Notes: a model not told the origin generated them from the letters alone. DNA of 64,000 nt from Phyllobates terribilis (GCF_046119375.1 NW_027362771.1:544794001-544858000), one strand, 5' to 3'. Numbered from the stretch's first letter, positions 37,801 to 52,329 are shown. Translations and numbers: made by a program.

Positions 37801-38231
37801 AGCCACACATGGCGTGATCTGAAGTTCAGATGTCCCAACCCGTCTTTAAGATCTCTGATCTCCTCAGGTGCCTTGTGCATGGAAGTTTACACTTGGATAT
37901 CACCAGTTGGCTCCAGTCTTTGACCTCCCATTTTATGGCACTGTAGTCTTTCCAAGAATGCTCTATTCACACACAGATTGTGGGAGAGGATTATCATCCC
38001 AGAGGCACCAATATTACACCATTCTATATGAACCTGAACCAAAATGGATATATGTATTGCGCTTTTGTTCAATCTCATATTCAACGAGGAATGATGAAAT
38101 GGAAATCCCTCAACATAGCCCATCGGAGGATTGACGATCAAAGCAGACATATGAAGAAAGCAAAATGTTAGCCATATGTGTTTATACATTAAGGACTTTG
38201 GGGGCAATATTTTAATTCTTTACAAACTCTG

Positions 38232-38720
38232 CTTGAAGGGGTTGTCCACTGTTTACAGTTCCTTATGGTTTCAAGGTTCCTCTGAAAATGAGCTGATCAC
38301 AGGGTGTCCCACAACTGCAGAGGACATTTCAAGGTTCCTCTGAAAATGAGCTGATCACAGGGTGTCCCACAACTGCAGAGGACCTGATCAATTCCCAGCA
38401 GAGCCAAAATAGGGAAATTACAGTTACCATCAATATGAATGGACTGTTCCTGAAATGGCGGATTAGGGTTCTCCAGTGAGAGAGAGGCGCTCTTTGTAGC
38501 TGCTCATCACTTTGACCAATTCCCAACGACCCGTAAGTTTTGCATAGGGTTACAAAAACATGGCTGCTTTCCTTCACATTTCGTCACACCTGTCCATCAG
38601 TTTCTATGTGGTATTCATTGTGGCTGACCTGCAATACCAGACACAACCCATGGACAGGTGTGGCACCATTTTTAGAAAAAAAGCAGCCATGTTTTTTTGT
38701 TGTTGTTGTTTTTTAATCCT
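38232..38720. mobile_element. T2-type MITE in the putative HTRA4 3' UTR, with a 58-bp internal tandem duplication
   Basis: Starts ttgaaggggttgtcc; duplicated units at 38271 and 38329; inverted arms aaaaacatggctgc / gcagccatgttttt. Confidence 0.55.
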
Positions 38721-39230
38721 GTACTCCTGAAACTCCATATTACCTAACAGGATTTTTGAAAATGGGTTTTCTATCCCGAATATCCACTTTAACTACAATG
38801 TATTATACAATTGTATTAGCTGCATAAAATAGCTCATAATCACTCATCACTCAAACTCAACAGTTACAAATTTGGGCAAATCCTGTTTTGAAAAAGGCAA
38901 GGTTTATGTAAACTTCACCCAAAAGTGGGTTTTCCCATTTAGTTTCTCAACACGATCAAGATCCTCGGGGGCGAGACTTAAAAGTCTCTTATTTACCAAA
39001 CAAGATGATAATCATGCTCTTAGTATACATAAATTAACCTGCATTATTTTTTTTTTACAGAAAATAGAACAACTGAATTACGGGAAGGAATGTGGCAGCC
39101 ATGCACATAATAATGGTCTATGCAAAGTTACACCCCATTAATGCACCCAGCTCTATATACATACACTGACAGTACGTGATAAAAAATAAGATTTTCTTTG
39201 AGTCATAGTACATGTCCCTATTCACCGTAC

Positions 39231-39236
39231 AATAAA
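39231..39236 (+). terminator. Candidate HTRA4 polyadenylation signal
   Basis: First AATAAA noticed after the stop codon, followed by a U-rich stretch. Confidence 0.45.
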
Positions 39237-39442
39237 ACAAGCCTGTCAGTTTCATATTTCACTCAATACTTTAGCATGCTTTCCTACATAGAAAAATGTC
39301 AGCATGCTTCAACTCATCCCCTCATTCCACGATCTGCAGCAAGGTTTCATAGGTAACTGAGTCATAAAGAACATTTCATAAAAGATCAGTGCTCTGTAGC
39401 TATGTATTGTATTTCATATATATATGTATATATACATAAATA

Positions 39443-41076
39443 CACAGCTCAAAAAAATAAAGGGAACACTCAAACAACACATCCTAGATTTGAATGAAAT
39501 ATTCTCATTGAATACTTTGTTCTGCACAAAGTTGAATGTGCTGACAACAAAATCACACAAAAATCATCAATGGAAATCACATTTATTAACCAATGCAGGC
39601 CTGGATTTGGAGTCGCCCCCAAAATTAAAGTGGAAAAACACACTACAGGCTGATCCAACTTTGATGTAATGTCCTTAAAACAAGTCAAAATGAGGCTCAG
39701 CATTGTGTGTGGCCTCCACGTGCCTGTATGACCTCCCTACAACGCCTGGGCATGCTCCTGGTGAGGCTCAGTATTGTGTGTGGCCTCCACGTGCCTGTAT
39801 GACCTCCCTACAACGCCTGGGCATGCTCCTGATGAGGTTGTGGATGGTCTCCTGTGGGATCTCCTTCCAGACCTGGACTAAAGCATCCGCCAACTCCTGG
39901 ACAGTCTGTGGTGCAACGTGACGTTGGTGGATGGAGCGAGACATGATGTCCCAGATGTGCTCAATCGGATTCAGGTCTGTGGATCGGGCGGGCCAGTCCA
40001 TAGTTTCAATGCCTTCATCTTGCAGGAACTGCTGACACACTCCAGCCACATGAGGTCCACCATTGTCCTGCATTAGGAGGAACCCAGGACCAACCGCACC
40101 AGCATATGGTCTCACAAGGGGTCTGAGGATCTCATCTCGGTACCTAATGGCAGTCAGGCTACCTCTGGCGAGTACATGGAGGGCTGTGCGGCCCTCCAAA
40201 GAAATGCCACCCCACAACATTACTGACACACTGCCAAACCGGTCATGCTGAAGGATGTTGCAGGCAGCAGATCGCTCTCCATGGCGTCTCCAGACTCTGT
40301 CACGTCTGTCACATGTGCTCAGTGTGAACCTGCTTTCATCTGTGAAGAGCACAGGGTGCCAGTGGCAACTTTGCCAATCCTGCTGTTCTGTGGCAAATGC
40401 CAAGCGTCCTGCACGGTGTTGGGCTGTGAGCACAACCCCCATCTGTGGACGTGGGGCCCTCATGGAGTCTGTTTCTAACCATTTGTGCAGACACATGCAC
40501 ATTTGTGGCCTGCTGGAGGTCATTTTACAGGGCTCTGGCAGTGCTCGACCTGTTCCTCCTTGCACAAAGGCGGAGGTAGCGGTCCTGCTGCTGGGTTGTT
40601 GCCCTCCTACGGCCCCCTCCACGTCTCCTGGTGTACTGGCCTGTCTCCTGGTAGCGCCTCCAGCATCTGGACACTACGCTGACAGACACAGCAAACCTTC
40701 TTGCCACAGCTCACATTGATGTGCCATCCTGGATGAGCTGCACTACCTGAGCAACTTCTGTGGGTTGTAGAGTCCGTCTCATGCTACCACGAGTGTGAAA
40801 GTACAGCCAACATTCAAAAGTGACCAAAACATGAGCCAGAAAACATTGGTACTGAGATGTGGTCTGTGGTCCCCATCTTCAGAACCACTCCTTTATTGAG
40901 TGTGTCTTGATACTTGCCAATAATTTCCATCTATTGTCTATTCCATTTGCACAACAGCATGTGAAATTGATTGTCAATCAGTGTTGCTTCCTAAGTGGAG
41001 AGTTTGATTTCACAGAAGTTTGATTTACTTGGAGTTATATTCTGTTGTTAAGTGTTCCCTTTTTTTTTGAGCAGTG
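39443..41076 (-). mobile_element. Tc1 DD34E transposon with short TIRs (defective)
   Basis: TA-CACWGCTCAAAAAAA..GGGAACAC TIRs. ORF 40782-39768 is broken by a stop and a frameshift. Motifs FTDESRF, QDN-34-E. Confidence 0.9.
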
Positions 41077-41099
41077 TACATATATATTATGTACACATA

Positions 41100-42942
41100 C
41101 AGTACAGACCAAAAGTTTGGACACACCTTCTCATTTAAAGATTTTTCTGTATTTTCATGACTCTGAAAATTGTACAGTCACACTGAAGGCATCAAAACTA
41201 TGAATTAACACATGTGGAATTATATACTTAACAAAAAAGTGTGAAACAACTGAAAATATGTCTTATATTCTAGGTTCTTCAAAGTAGCCACCTTTTGCTT
41301 TGATGACTGCTTTGCACACTCTTGGCATTCTCTTGATGAGCTTCAAGAGGTAGTCACCGGAAATGGTTTTCACTTCACAGGTGTGCCCTGTCAGGTTTAA
41401 TAAGTGGGATTTCTTGCCTTATAAATGGGGTTGGGACCATCAGTTGAGTTGTGCAGAAGTCAGGTGGATACACAGCTGATAGTCCTACTGAATAGACTGT
41501 TAGAATTTGTATTATGGCAAGAAAAAAGCAGCTAAGTAAAGAAAAACGAGTGGCCATCATTACTTTAACCCTAGAACGCATGACCATAAAAATCTACATT
41601 TTCACATACCTGGGGCCTTTTAGGAACCTGTGCAAATAACATGGAATAACTCAAACAAAATGACAAACAACTATATACCTGAGGAATACCTAGAGTTTCA
41701 AAATTCTAACTAATGTAATCTTGCAGAAAATAGAAAACAATTAACAAGGCGGGCCTGCGAGGCCCCAGGTATGCGTTCTAGGGTTAAATGAAGGTCAGTC
41801 AGTCCGAAAAATTGGGCAAACTTTGAAAGTCTCCCCAAGTGCAGTTGCAAAAACCATCAAGCACTACACAGAAACTGGCTCACATGACGACCGCCCCAGG
41901 AAAGGAAGACCAAGAGTCACCTCTGCTTCTGAGGATAAGTTTATCCAAGTCACCAGCCTCAGAAATCGCAGGTTAACAGCAGCTCAGATTAGAGACCAGG
42001 TCAATGCCACACAGAGTTCTAGCAGCAGACACATCTCTTCAACAACTGTTAAGAGGAGACTTTGTGCAGCAGGCCTTCATGGTAAAATAGCTGCTAGGAA
42101 ACCACTGCTAAAGACAGGCAACAAGCAGAAGAGACTTGTTTGGGCTAAAGAACACAAGGAATAGACATTAGACCAGTGGAAATCTGTGCTTTGGTCTGAT
42201 GAGTCCAAATTTGAGATCTTTGGTTCCAACCACTGTGTCTTTGTGCGACGCAGAAAAGGTGAACGGATGGACTCTACATGCCTGGTTCTCACGGTGAAGC
42301 ATGAAGGAGGAGGTGTGATGGTGTGGGGGTGCTTTGCTGGTGACACTGTTGGGGATTTATTCAAAATTGAAGGCATACTGAACCAGCATGGCTACCACAG
42401 CATCTTGCAGCGGCATGCTATTCCATCCGGTTTGCGTTTAGTTGGACCATCATTTCTTTTTCAACAGGACAATGACCCCAAACACACCTCCATGCTGTGT
42501 AAGGGCTATTTGACCAAGAAGGAGAGTGATGGGGTGCTACGCCAGATGACCTGGCCTCCATAGTCACCAGACCTGAACCCAATCGAGATGGTTTGGGGTG
42601 AGCTGGACCGCAGAGTGAAGGCAAAAGGGCCAACAAGTGCTAAGCATCTCTGGGAACTCCTTCAAGATTGTTGGAAGACCATTTCCGGTGACTACCTCTT
42701 GAAGCTCATCAAGAGAATGCCAAGAGTGTACAAAGCAGTCATCAAAGCAAAAGGTGGCTACTTTGAAGAACCTAGAATATAAGACATATTTTCAGTTGTT
42801 TCACACTTTTTTGTTAAGTATATAATTCCACATGTGTTAATTCATAGTTTTGATGCCTTCAGTGTGAATGTACAATTTTCATAGTTATGAAAATACAGAA
42901 AAATCTTTAAATGAGGTGTGTCCAAACTTTTGGTCTGTACTG
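41100..42942 (+). mobile_element. DD38E Tc1 copy 2 (defective, with piggyBac-type MITE insertion)
   Basis: TA-CAGTACAGACC...GGTCTGTACTG-TA; stops at 42162 and 42561. Confidence 0.92.
41569..41783. mobile_element. piggyBac-type MITE (215 bp)
   Basis: TTAA-CCCTAGAACGCAT...ATGCGTTCTAGGG-TTAA. Confidence 0.85.
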
Positions 42943-43699
42943 TATATGTACATATATACACACACACACACACTATATATAGCAAGTAGCAAGCTTTCAA
43001 TACAATAAGCTCGTAAGCTTGCTATTTGCTACCATCTTTTCAGTTAGCCTCTCAAAGGCATCAACCACTGAGAACTCTCAATTTTTAATAGTTTTCTATC
43101 TACTGGTCAACACGGTACCAACATATTTTTCCTGTTGTAGTAAGGCTCATTCAGACGTCAGTTTCAGTTTTTCACATACGGATTCTAAGAGTATTTTTCA
43201 CTCGTACCTATTATAGTTTCTTGGGCTGTTTATATGTCCATACATCCTTGGGGATCAGAGAAATGTCCAATTTTGATCCGAATCGCGGATCAAACTCTCC
43301 AATGAATGTCTATGTGTCCATGACCCAAAAATCAGACTCTTGATGCCATCCGTGTAGAAGAATCTTGGAATCCGTGAGGTCCATTTTTCACTGACTGCTT
43401 TAAAGGAGAAGCCTGAGAAACCTTTATCGGTTTGTTTTTTAGCATACGCAAACAGAAAAAAACGGATTAATCTTGAATGGTAAAAATGGATACGCTGACC
43501 AAACACTGATGAAAATCTAATCCAAAATACTGTTAAATATCGGTAATTATTTTGTGTCCGAGAAAAATTATTGACGTCTAAATGAGCACTTAAGTGTAGA
43601 CCACAAGGAGCGGCTGATCGCATGTGTGGACAACAGCCACCCCATGCGGTCTCGCCCTAAGTGAAAAGCTCAGGTCACACAGCCACTGAAACATATTCA

Positions 43700-44540
43700 A
43701 CGAATTCACCTACAAAGCTGTTGCTGTACTATGAAACAAAATTTTCCTGAATCAGAGCTCTATGCTCTTCCAAACGATCCTGCTACTTCTTTCTACAGTG
43801 AAATCATCAGTAAATACCAGTGACCCAGTCTATTGGTGCCATACATGCCCATGATATAACATTGCCACACCAGATGATTCGGCTGCTTAATATCATGAGC
43901 TATGCCATTGTCTTTTCCGCTCATCATTTTGGTAGAAGTTACTCTTGGTTTTGTCTATCCTTACAATTTTGTTCCATACAAAACTGGAAGTTTTTTTTTT
44001 AAGATGTTTTCTACTAAACTCGAATATGGCTTTTTTTGTTTTTGAGACTCTCCAGCGGTTGCATCTTGAGATAAACCCTCTCTACTTACATTCATGTAGA
44101 GTCTCTTGATTCTTCTCTTGGACATTGATGTCCCCATCCTTGAGAGTATGAATAACTAAGTAAAGAGAACCCTTCACAATATCGAATCTTGGAAAGAATT
44201 CTGTGATTGTCCACTTCAGTTTCTTTTGCGCTCCTCTTGGCCCTTTTGGTATTGCTGAGCTCTCCACCACAGTCCTTCTTATAAATAATGTACCAAATAG
44301 TTGACTTGGCCACGTTTCGGCTATTTCTCTTTTTTTTTGCATTTTCAGTCTAATAATGGCCTCCATCACATGAGTTCGTTGACACCTTTTGAGTTCCCAG
44401 AGGAATCAAATGCAAATTCAACATTTAGCATCAACTCCAGACCCTAAATAGCCACTGGCCAGCAGACCAACCATATGTCCTATTACATTTAAGCCAGTGA
44501 TAATGGAGGGACTGTGTACAAAAGGGCTGTAATTCTTAAA
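43700..44540 (-). mobile_element. Old Tc1 transposase fragment
   Basis: EAIIRLK...REIAE...AKSTIWYIIYKK...ELSNTKR (paired-like DNA-binding region). Confidence 0.6.
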
Positions 44541-44899
44541 CTGGATTGTTAGGGACTAAAGTTGGGTGGATCAGTTCGCAGAACTCCAGTCCATCTGCCA
44601 GGTCAGTAGTCTCTGCTGGATGGAAGGCTCACAAATTTCTTAACTTCTGGGAGCCCCAGAGCGATTTTTGATTAGCCAGGCTAACACAACGTGATTTATG
44701 CGTCACGTCGCAAAGATAAAGTCCCGTCAGCCCTGCTAATCAAAACAGAAGCCGAGAATGGCAGGAGGTAAGAGATTCGCTAACCCATGTAAAGGCCAGA
44801 GACTGCTGACATGGCCGAAGGACCGGAGTCCTGCAAACCATTCTGCTCAATCCTACTAGGGTGTAAACTATTGAGATATGTGGGGTCTGACAACCGGAA

Positions 44900-45360
44900 C
44901 ACTCACCAAACTAATATTGATGATCTATTCAACAAGTTTTTGAGATAGGTACCAAATCTTGGACCTCTACCTCCACAGTTCTCATATTGATGAACCGTGG
45001 AAGGACAAAGCCTTTATTCCATTATTTTTAGAAAATATCTTGAATTTAAGTTTACACTTCAATCACGTGTTGATGGCTTCGTAGAAAATCCATTGTACTC
45101 GTATATAGAAGATAGAAGAATTCTGTCACTGTCCAAAAACTCCTGGACCCAACTACATATCCATCCATAGTGGTAATGGATTGTGATTCAGATTTAAAAG
45201 TTAGTACTAATAAAAACCTAAAAACTAATAAACAATTAACATTAAAATGAACGCTCTGGAAAATAATTTCCATTTTGTTATCCTGGTGTACGGCCTGAGA
45301 TGTTGGAGCATGACTTGATTCAAAAGATCTTGTGGTATGTGTCGGATCCTTATTTAGGCC
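44900..45360 (-). mobile_element. Possible L1 ORF2 C-terminal remnant
   Basis: Frameshifted H.W.C...FW.V-like motif near 45120-45180. Confidence 0.3.
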
Positions 45361-47350
45361 TCATTTATCTACACTACCTAGTCTTGTTCCTCATCCCGAC
45401 CAACGCAAAATTAGTCTTTCCCTAAAGCAGTTTCAAAACTGAACGCAACCCGACAGATACCTGTGGATGTAAAGTCACCAATTCGGCTATTCTCCCAATG
45501 TAGAAGTTAGTGGAGCCGAATTAGCCTTTTAATAGCCCATTCTTGTCTATTCAAGTCAGCAGCTTGCTGTGGTCAAACCCTTAAAATCCACTGTTTGTTC
45601 CGTATCTGTACAGAGCGGGAAGGCTAGTGACCAGGCAGCATATAATAACGTGATGGAGAAAAAACCCGCGAGTTTACTTTTTATGGAAGCAAAGATTTTC
45701 TTATGTTTGTTGTCAAATTCCAATAGCAACTGACAGAATTTTGAATACAGCTCTTGAAAATATTCTGTAACTCGGTCTCTGAATCGTTAATGCAAAGACA
45801 CTAAATAGGATTCACTCAATTTTTGTTAGAATGGAAAACAACTGTAATTTGCGGGGAAACCGCAAGTGTTCAATTTTCCTACAGCATACCCGCAGGGAAA
45901 ATGAAGTATTACACCATTCCTATAGAAATAAGTAGGAAGTCTATGCAATGTACAGTCCTCCAACGTGATAAATCACTCTTTACAGCCATGGTCCACACCA
46001 TTAATAGAGAATAGTCTGACAGAATTCAGAACTCATTAGTTAGGAAATGGACTTTAAAAACCAGACGCCCCCTTCAGGTAACAAAGAGCAATATCTAATG
46101 ACACTAAAAACCTCTGCAGACAGCTGTTTTACTCTACTAATGATATGGTATGTGTTAATAGCATATGTATAGCCCCCCTGTCCTCCTTAGAACGGCATCC
46201 ATAGCCATCATTAGTCCATAGCATTTCAGTACAGTAGCTCATTATTCTTATAACTTCTCCATCATATTCTTCAGCTATTCCGTTTTATTCTACATATGTA
46301 AAAAAAAAAAAGCAAATAAAACAAAGTGGCATTTGAGTTATAAGTTTACATTAAGCCTGCAGCTATTTCATTATGTCAACTTTATATTTTCGTATAATTG
46401 CATTATATATTTTACGCCATTTTAAACGTCTGTATTATGATGTAATTACTGTTTACTAATACAATTGTTTATCTACAATTACCTTTTATATTTTAATGTT
46501 TTACCCCAAAAAATGGCTGATCTTTCTTAATTCATATCATTGTCTACTAATGTATCTTAGAATTAGAGGAATTTTAACATTCTAAGTAAAGCTTCACGCA
46601 TCCGATGTTCACGGTTCTAGTGTGCACCACGATGTCCGCACAGACCACGGGTCTCTGGACCCGAAAACAGACTCAAAAGGAATATACGAGTCTGTGGAAT
46701 TTGGGTTAAAAAACTAATCGGTTGGTCTGGAAATTGCAGTCCGTACTCAGACCGTGAATATCGGACATGGGAAACCGGCCTAAGAGTATGTGCACACGTC
46801 GCCTTTTTCAGGTGGGTACGCGCATGAGCTCACCTGAAAAAGCGATTAAAAAAAGGTTAAAAAGCATTAACACAGCACATGTCAAAAAGACTTGCTGTGC
46901 ACATGTTCAGTCTTTTTAAGCTTCTTTTAACCACTTCATGCTTTCCAACCTATGAAGCAGCTAAAAGAAATGATGAAAAGAACCACAAAGACACCAAAGA
47001 ATATGTTTCAGGGGGGAAAAAAAAAAAACAACCCACCGCCGGCATTTTCCTGAAACTTCTTCCTCTTGCAAAAGTCAGCAGGTATGCCGGTACCTAAAAG
47101 ACTTCATGCGCCCATTGGAACCCTCGGCGGTGTTTCCACAGAATAACCCCTTTTTTAAATGAAGCTTGACGGTCAATTAGATGACTGCCATGGGGCAGAT
47201 TTTGGAAACCCCTGGCCATTAGATGTTAGGTGAAAGTCTGAACCTTCCTCGCCAAATGGGAATCAAACTTATGTGCCAACAGGGCCATAGACTATAATGG
47301 TGCCAGCAGAGTGAACGTGCACTCTGTCGTGCATCATTTTCGGGCATATA

Positions 47351-48980
47351 CAGTACAGACCAAAAGTTTGGACACACCTTCTCATTTAAAGATTTTTCTG
47401 TATTTTCATGACAATGAAAATTGTACATTCACACTGAAGGCATCAAAACTATGAATTAACACATGTGGAATTATATACTTAACAAAAAAGTGTGAAACAA
47501 CTGAAAATATGTCTAATATTCTAGGTTATTCAAAGTAGCCACCCTTTGCTTTGATGACTGCTTTGCACACTCTTGGCATTCTCTTGATGAGCTTCAAGAG
47601 GTAGTCACCGGAAATGGTTTTCACTTCACAGGTGTGCCCTGTCAGGTTTAATAAGTGGGATTTCTTGCCTTATAAATGGGGTTGGGACCATCAGTTGTGT
47701 TGTGCAGAAGTCTGGTGGATACATAGCTGATAGTCCTACTGAATAGACTGTTAGAATTTGTATTATGGCAAGAAAAAAGCAGCTAAGTAAATAAAAACGA
47801 GTGGCCATCATTACTTTTAGAAATGAAGGTCAGTCAGTGCTAAAAATTGGGCAAACTTTGAATGTGTCCCCGAGTGCAGTTGCAAAAACCATCAAGCGCT
47901 ACAAAGAAACTGGCTCACGAGGAAAGCCCCAGGAAAGGAAGACCAAGAGTCACCTCTGCTTCTGAGGATAAGTTTATCCGAGTCACCAGCCTGAGAAATC
48001 GCAGGTTAACAGCAGCTCAGATTAGAGACCAGGTCAATGCCACACAGAGTTCTAGCAGCAGACACATCTCTACAACAACTGTTAAGAGGAGACTTTGTTC
48101 AGCAGGCCTTCATGGTAAAATAGCTGCTAGGAAACCACTGCTAAGGACAGGCAACAAGCAGAAGAGACTTGTTTGGGCTAAAGAACACAAGGAATGGACA
48201 TTAGACCAGTGGAAATCTGTGCTTTGGTCTGATGAGTCCAAATTTGAGATCTTTGGTTCCAACCACCCTGTCTTTGTGCGACACAGAAAAGGTGAACGGA
48301 TGGACTCTACATGCCTGGTTCCCACCGTGAAGCATGGAGGAGGAGGTGTGATGTTGTGGGGGTGCTTTGCAGGTGACACTGTTGGGGATTTATTCAAAAT
48401 TGAAGGCATACTGAACCAGCATGGCTACCACAGCATCTTGCAGCGGCATGCTATTCCATCCGGTTTGCGTTTAGTTGAACCATCATTTATTTTTCAACGG
48501 GACAATGACCCCAAACACACCTCCAGGCTGTGTAAGGGCTATTTGACCAAGGAGGAGAGTGATGGGGTGCTACGCCAGATGACCTGGCCTCCACAGTCAC
48601 CAGACCTGAACCCAATCGAGATGGTTTGGGGTGAGCTGGACCGCAGAGTGAAGGCAAAAGGGCCAACAAGTGCTAAGCGTCTCTGGGAACTCCTTCAAGA
48701 TTGTTAGAAGACCATTTCCAGTGACTACCTCTTGAAGCTCATCAAGAGAATGCCAAGAGTGTACAAAGCAATCATCAAAGCAAAAGGTGGCTACTTTGAA
48801 GAACCTAGAATACAAGACATATTTTCAGTTGTTTCACACTTTTTTGTTAAGTATATAATTCCACATGTATTACCGTAATTCATAGTTTTTATGCCTTCAG
48901 TGTGAATGTACAATTTTCAAAGTCATGAAAATACAGAAAAATCTTTACATGAGGTGTGTCCAAACTTTTGGTCTGTACTG
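47351..48980 (+). mobile_element. DD38E Tc1 copy 3 (defective)
   Basis: Full TIRs with TA flanks. TAA at 47792, 2-bp deletion at ~47918, TAG at 48705. Confidence 0.92.
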
Positions 48981-51791
48981 TATGCCTACTGGAAGCGGAC
49001 ACTCAGAACTAGTCTAGTACATGTGGTCACATGCCGACTAGACGTGCGCAGCGTCATCAATGCAAGTGTATTGAGTGAGGCCGGACAAGTCTTGTCGGAA
49101 TGTGGCCGGAAGTATGCAAATTACTTCTTGTTCCTGGTGCCAGAGAATCCTCACTGCGTGCAGTGTGAACGATGCGAGTGTTCACGAGTCAGCAGTCACA
49201 TAGAGTGACTGCAGACTTGTACCCCTAGGCCGGACAACCCCTTTAAGTTTCTTCTTCTAAATTAAGAAACTCACAGTTCTAGAGGGAAAACAACTAAAAT
49301 GCCTAGTCGGTCAATTCATCAAAGTGTTTAAGCCAGTTTTCTGGCATAAATAAAACAATTGGAAAATTAAAAATGTTGGCGCAAAGAGAAATATTTAGTG
49401 ACTTTTGGCATTTTCAATCCAGTCCTGGCCAGAATGGGTGCAGCTTGGGTGTGACGACAACAGCCTGCCGAATTTGTCATAAATTACGAGACTTTAATGG
49501 CATAGGTTGTGTCAGAAATGTTACTCCAGTCTCTGACTGGAGTAGCATTTCTGGCAAGAGGCACGCCACCGAGAAGACATGCGTTATTCATTTAGTGGCG
49601 TGCACCTCATAGTGAATTTGGAGCATCTTACCACACCATGCCCCTTCATTTAACACTTAATCGTCCACAAATATTTTTCACAGCTGAGAATTTGTTACCA
49701 GTACAGTGCACAAAATCCTCAGCATTGAATCTGGTTTCTTTCGCTCACAAAGGACAATGATCTCGGCTGTGAGAAGAATTGGGGCTGTATGGTTTTTAGC
49801 CTCTAGATATAAACTGGTGTAAAACTATGTGAAATGTAGCAGAATGTATATGCAACTCATAGTTTTGCAAAATATTGTGGCTTTTGAAGGTTTTTGTTTC
49901 TCTATGCCAATCTCAGGCAGCTTGACCATCTTTTTGAAAAGTCGTCAGAGCTTAGACAGGAGGTGATCTGATTTTCAACTTTTTTTCCCCAGGGTAAAGT
50001 CAACGGGAGAAATGAATTAAAAGCTTTCTTGTATCTCCTGCTAGATAGGAAGGATCAACAGAAACTTTGCCGTGTTCACCTCAGCTGTGCAGCCCCTGAT
50101 GAGATGCCAAACATGGCGAGTGTGAGGAGCTGGCCACTTACTAAAGACTATTGGACCAATAGACATAGAGCGGAGTCCATGGCTCTAAGGGATGCAGACT
50201 TTTTCCAGCACAGAGCACAGGTTCCATCGATCTTATTGTTGTGTTTTATCAGAGATTTGCTTGCTCGTCAGTTTAAGTGCAGTAATTTCACCTGGAAAGT
50301 GTTCAGCTTCAGGAATCAATGTTTCCATTCAGTGACAGTAAGCAGAGGAAGATGTGATTGCTAGATCTTATGTATATCTAAGGCCAGACGCAAAATTGGT
50401 AAAGGTAAAAGCTATCATTCCATTACTATTTTCAGTGTCTCAGGGGCCTCAATTAAGCCATTGTTCTCCCAGTCACTAGTCCCATTGTGTGGCTGGGGGT
50501 AGTAGACCCTGAGGAGTCATCACCACAGGGGATCTTGCATGCAGTCCCAGGTGATGGGCTCAGCATCAGTAAAATACCTCCACTAATGCACAGTTAGCTT
50601 TGGGGGAGGGGCGTTTCCCTAGGGCCAGGCTCAATTCTTGGGGTATTTATGACACTGACGAGGAAATGAATAGGTTGTTGTTAGCTGGAGTTGGATACAC
50701 GTGCTACGGTTGTAGCATCCGCCGTCTCGAGGAGCATGGGCCGTGATTGCAGACAATACCGGTGGAATATACAACAGCTGTGGGCCAACCGAAAGTTGGG
50801 AGTCAGTGGGTATCAATAGGTACGGGCAGGTCTGTGCAGTTGGTAAGCCAAACCACCAACTCCGAATCCTCAATTTCCCCGACTTCCGACTCCACAGCAC
50901 TGCTTCACTATTGAGCATGTACATAAAGTGCAGCACAGATTCATCTCAACTAAAAGCCTAAATCCTTAGATCAGGAACAGAACAGACATTTATAAGACAT
51001 TTCATAACTTATAAAAATTCTTATGACAACATTTACAGCACACCCTGCAGTGTATTAACGAATCCAATGTATACATATTTTAGGAGTCGGTCCATTTTTA
51101 CCGACTCCGAAAAAATGGACACCGACTCCCAACTCCACAGCACTGAGTGCGTGAGTAGTGAAACTATCGATCCCGGGTTGGGCTCTTGTGGGCTGGGGAC
51201 ATTGCATTGTGACCATTCTACCCGGAATTGCTGTTAGACCATGGACGAAAGGAATACAAATAGTTACGGTACATAGTTAACCTGCCTGGGTGATTATTAC
51301 AACCCACAACCTCAGATCTTCACAGTGAGTTTACAACTCTCGCAGCTCAAAAGTTAGATTTGCCATTTTTTTTTTACAATATAAAGTCAATGGCAGAAAT
51401 GATTTGAGGTGATCAGAGCAACATGTTTGAAGATATACTCTCCCTAAGCCGGAGATACGAGCAAACTTTCAAATCGCTTCTCCCATTGGCTTTGCATTGA
51501 AAAAAGTTTAACATCTAACTTTTGAACCACGAGAACTGGAAAGTCAACCAGTTAACATCTCAGGCTAGCAAGTTCATCAAAAACATTTCTCATGATGGTG
51601 TGCATGGGCGCTGAAGAACGCACCAAATTCATTAACAGGTGCATGCCTCTTAATTTGGAGCAACTTACTCCATCCTATCCTCCATCAGGACCGCCAGTCC
51701 TGATGTTATGTTTTATTGCACAGTTCCTACAAGTACTTAGGATCTACCAACCATACATTACACCCGCAGGCAACAATGGTATAATTCCTTA

Positions 51792-51797
51792 TTTATT
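51792..51797 (-). terminator. Candidate TM2D2 polyadenylation signal
   Basis: AATAAA on the minus strand ~260 bp after the stop; an alternative lies at 51712-51717. Confidence 0.45.
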
Positions 51798-52054
51798 ATA
51801 GTTACAGGGCATCGGCATTTATAACTTATTTACAGATTTTTATCTTACAAACGAGACCAAATGTGGCAATGATTCAACGCGTTCCTAGTCATTTCAGAGG
51901 TAACCGATCGTCGTTGTATAGTCATAACGTGAAATAAATAACGACGCCAAATGGTGCATCTGCGGTGATAACACACCCATACGCCTCGTGAGAGGGATCC
52001 GAGTACAAGTCTATGGCTGCAGTGCAATAAAACCCTTCTGTTAGGAGGACACAG

Positions 52055-52268
52055 TCAGTAAATGGTGCACCAGTTGCTGTTGTCACTTGGCATTAACCCT
52101 CCGGTAATGAGCAGGATGAGATCTACGAACCACCAGATGCCCAGTCCTCCCAAGGTGAGGAGTTTACCTACAGCAGTGCCAGTATGTCCTAGGCAGAAGC
52201 GATCAACTCCAAAACATCCAAGGAAGAACGAGTAGAATAAGGTGGTAATGAAATAATGACCGGTGTAT
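52055..52268 (-). CDS. tm2d2: TM2D2 exon 4 (TM2 domain and stop)
   Basis: [70 protein letters not shown]. Confidence 0.96.
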
Positions 52269-52329
52269 CTGGTAAAAAGACAGAAAACAAAAAGACATTA
52301 ATAAAAAAAATTCTAGAATGACGCTTTAA

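Noticed and set aside
50094-50125. CTGATGAG motif as another hammerhead
   Set aside because: No GAAA or stem III downstream.
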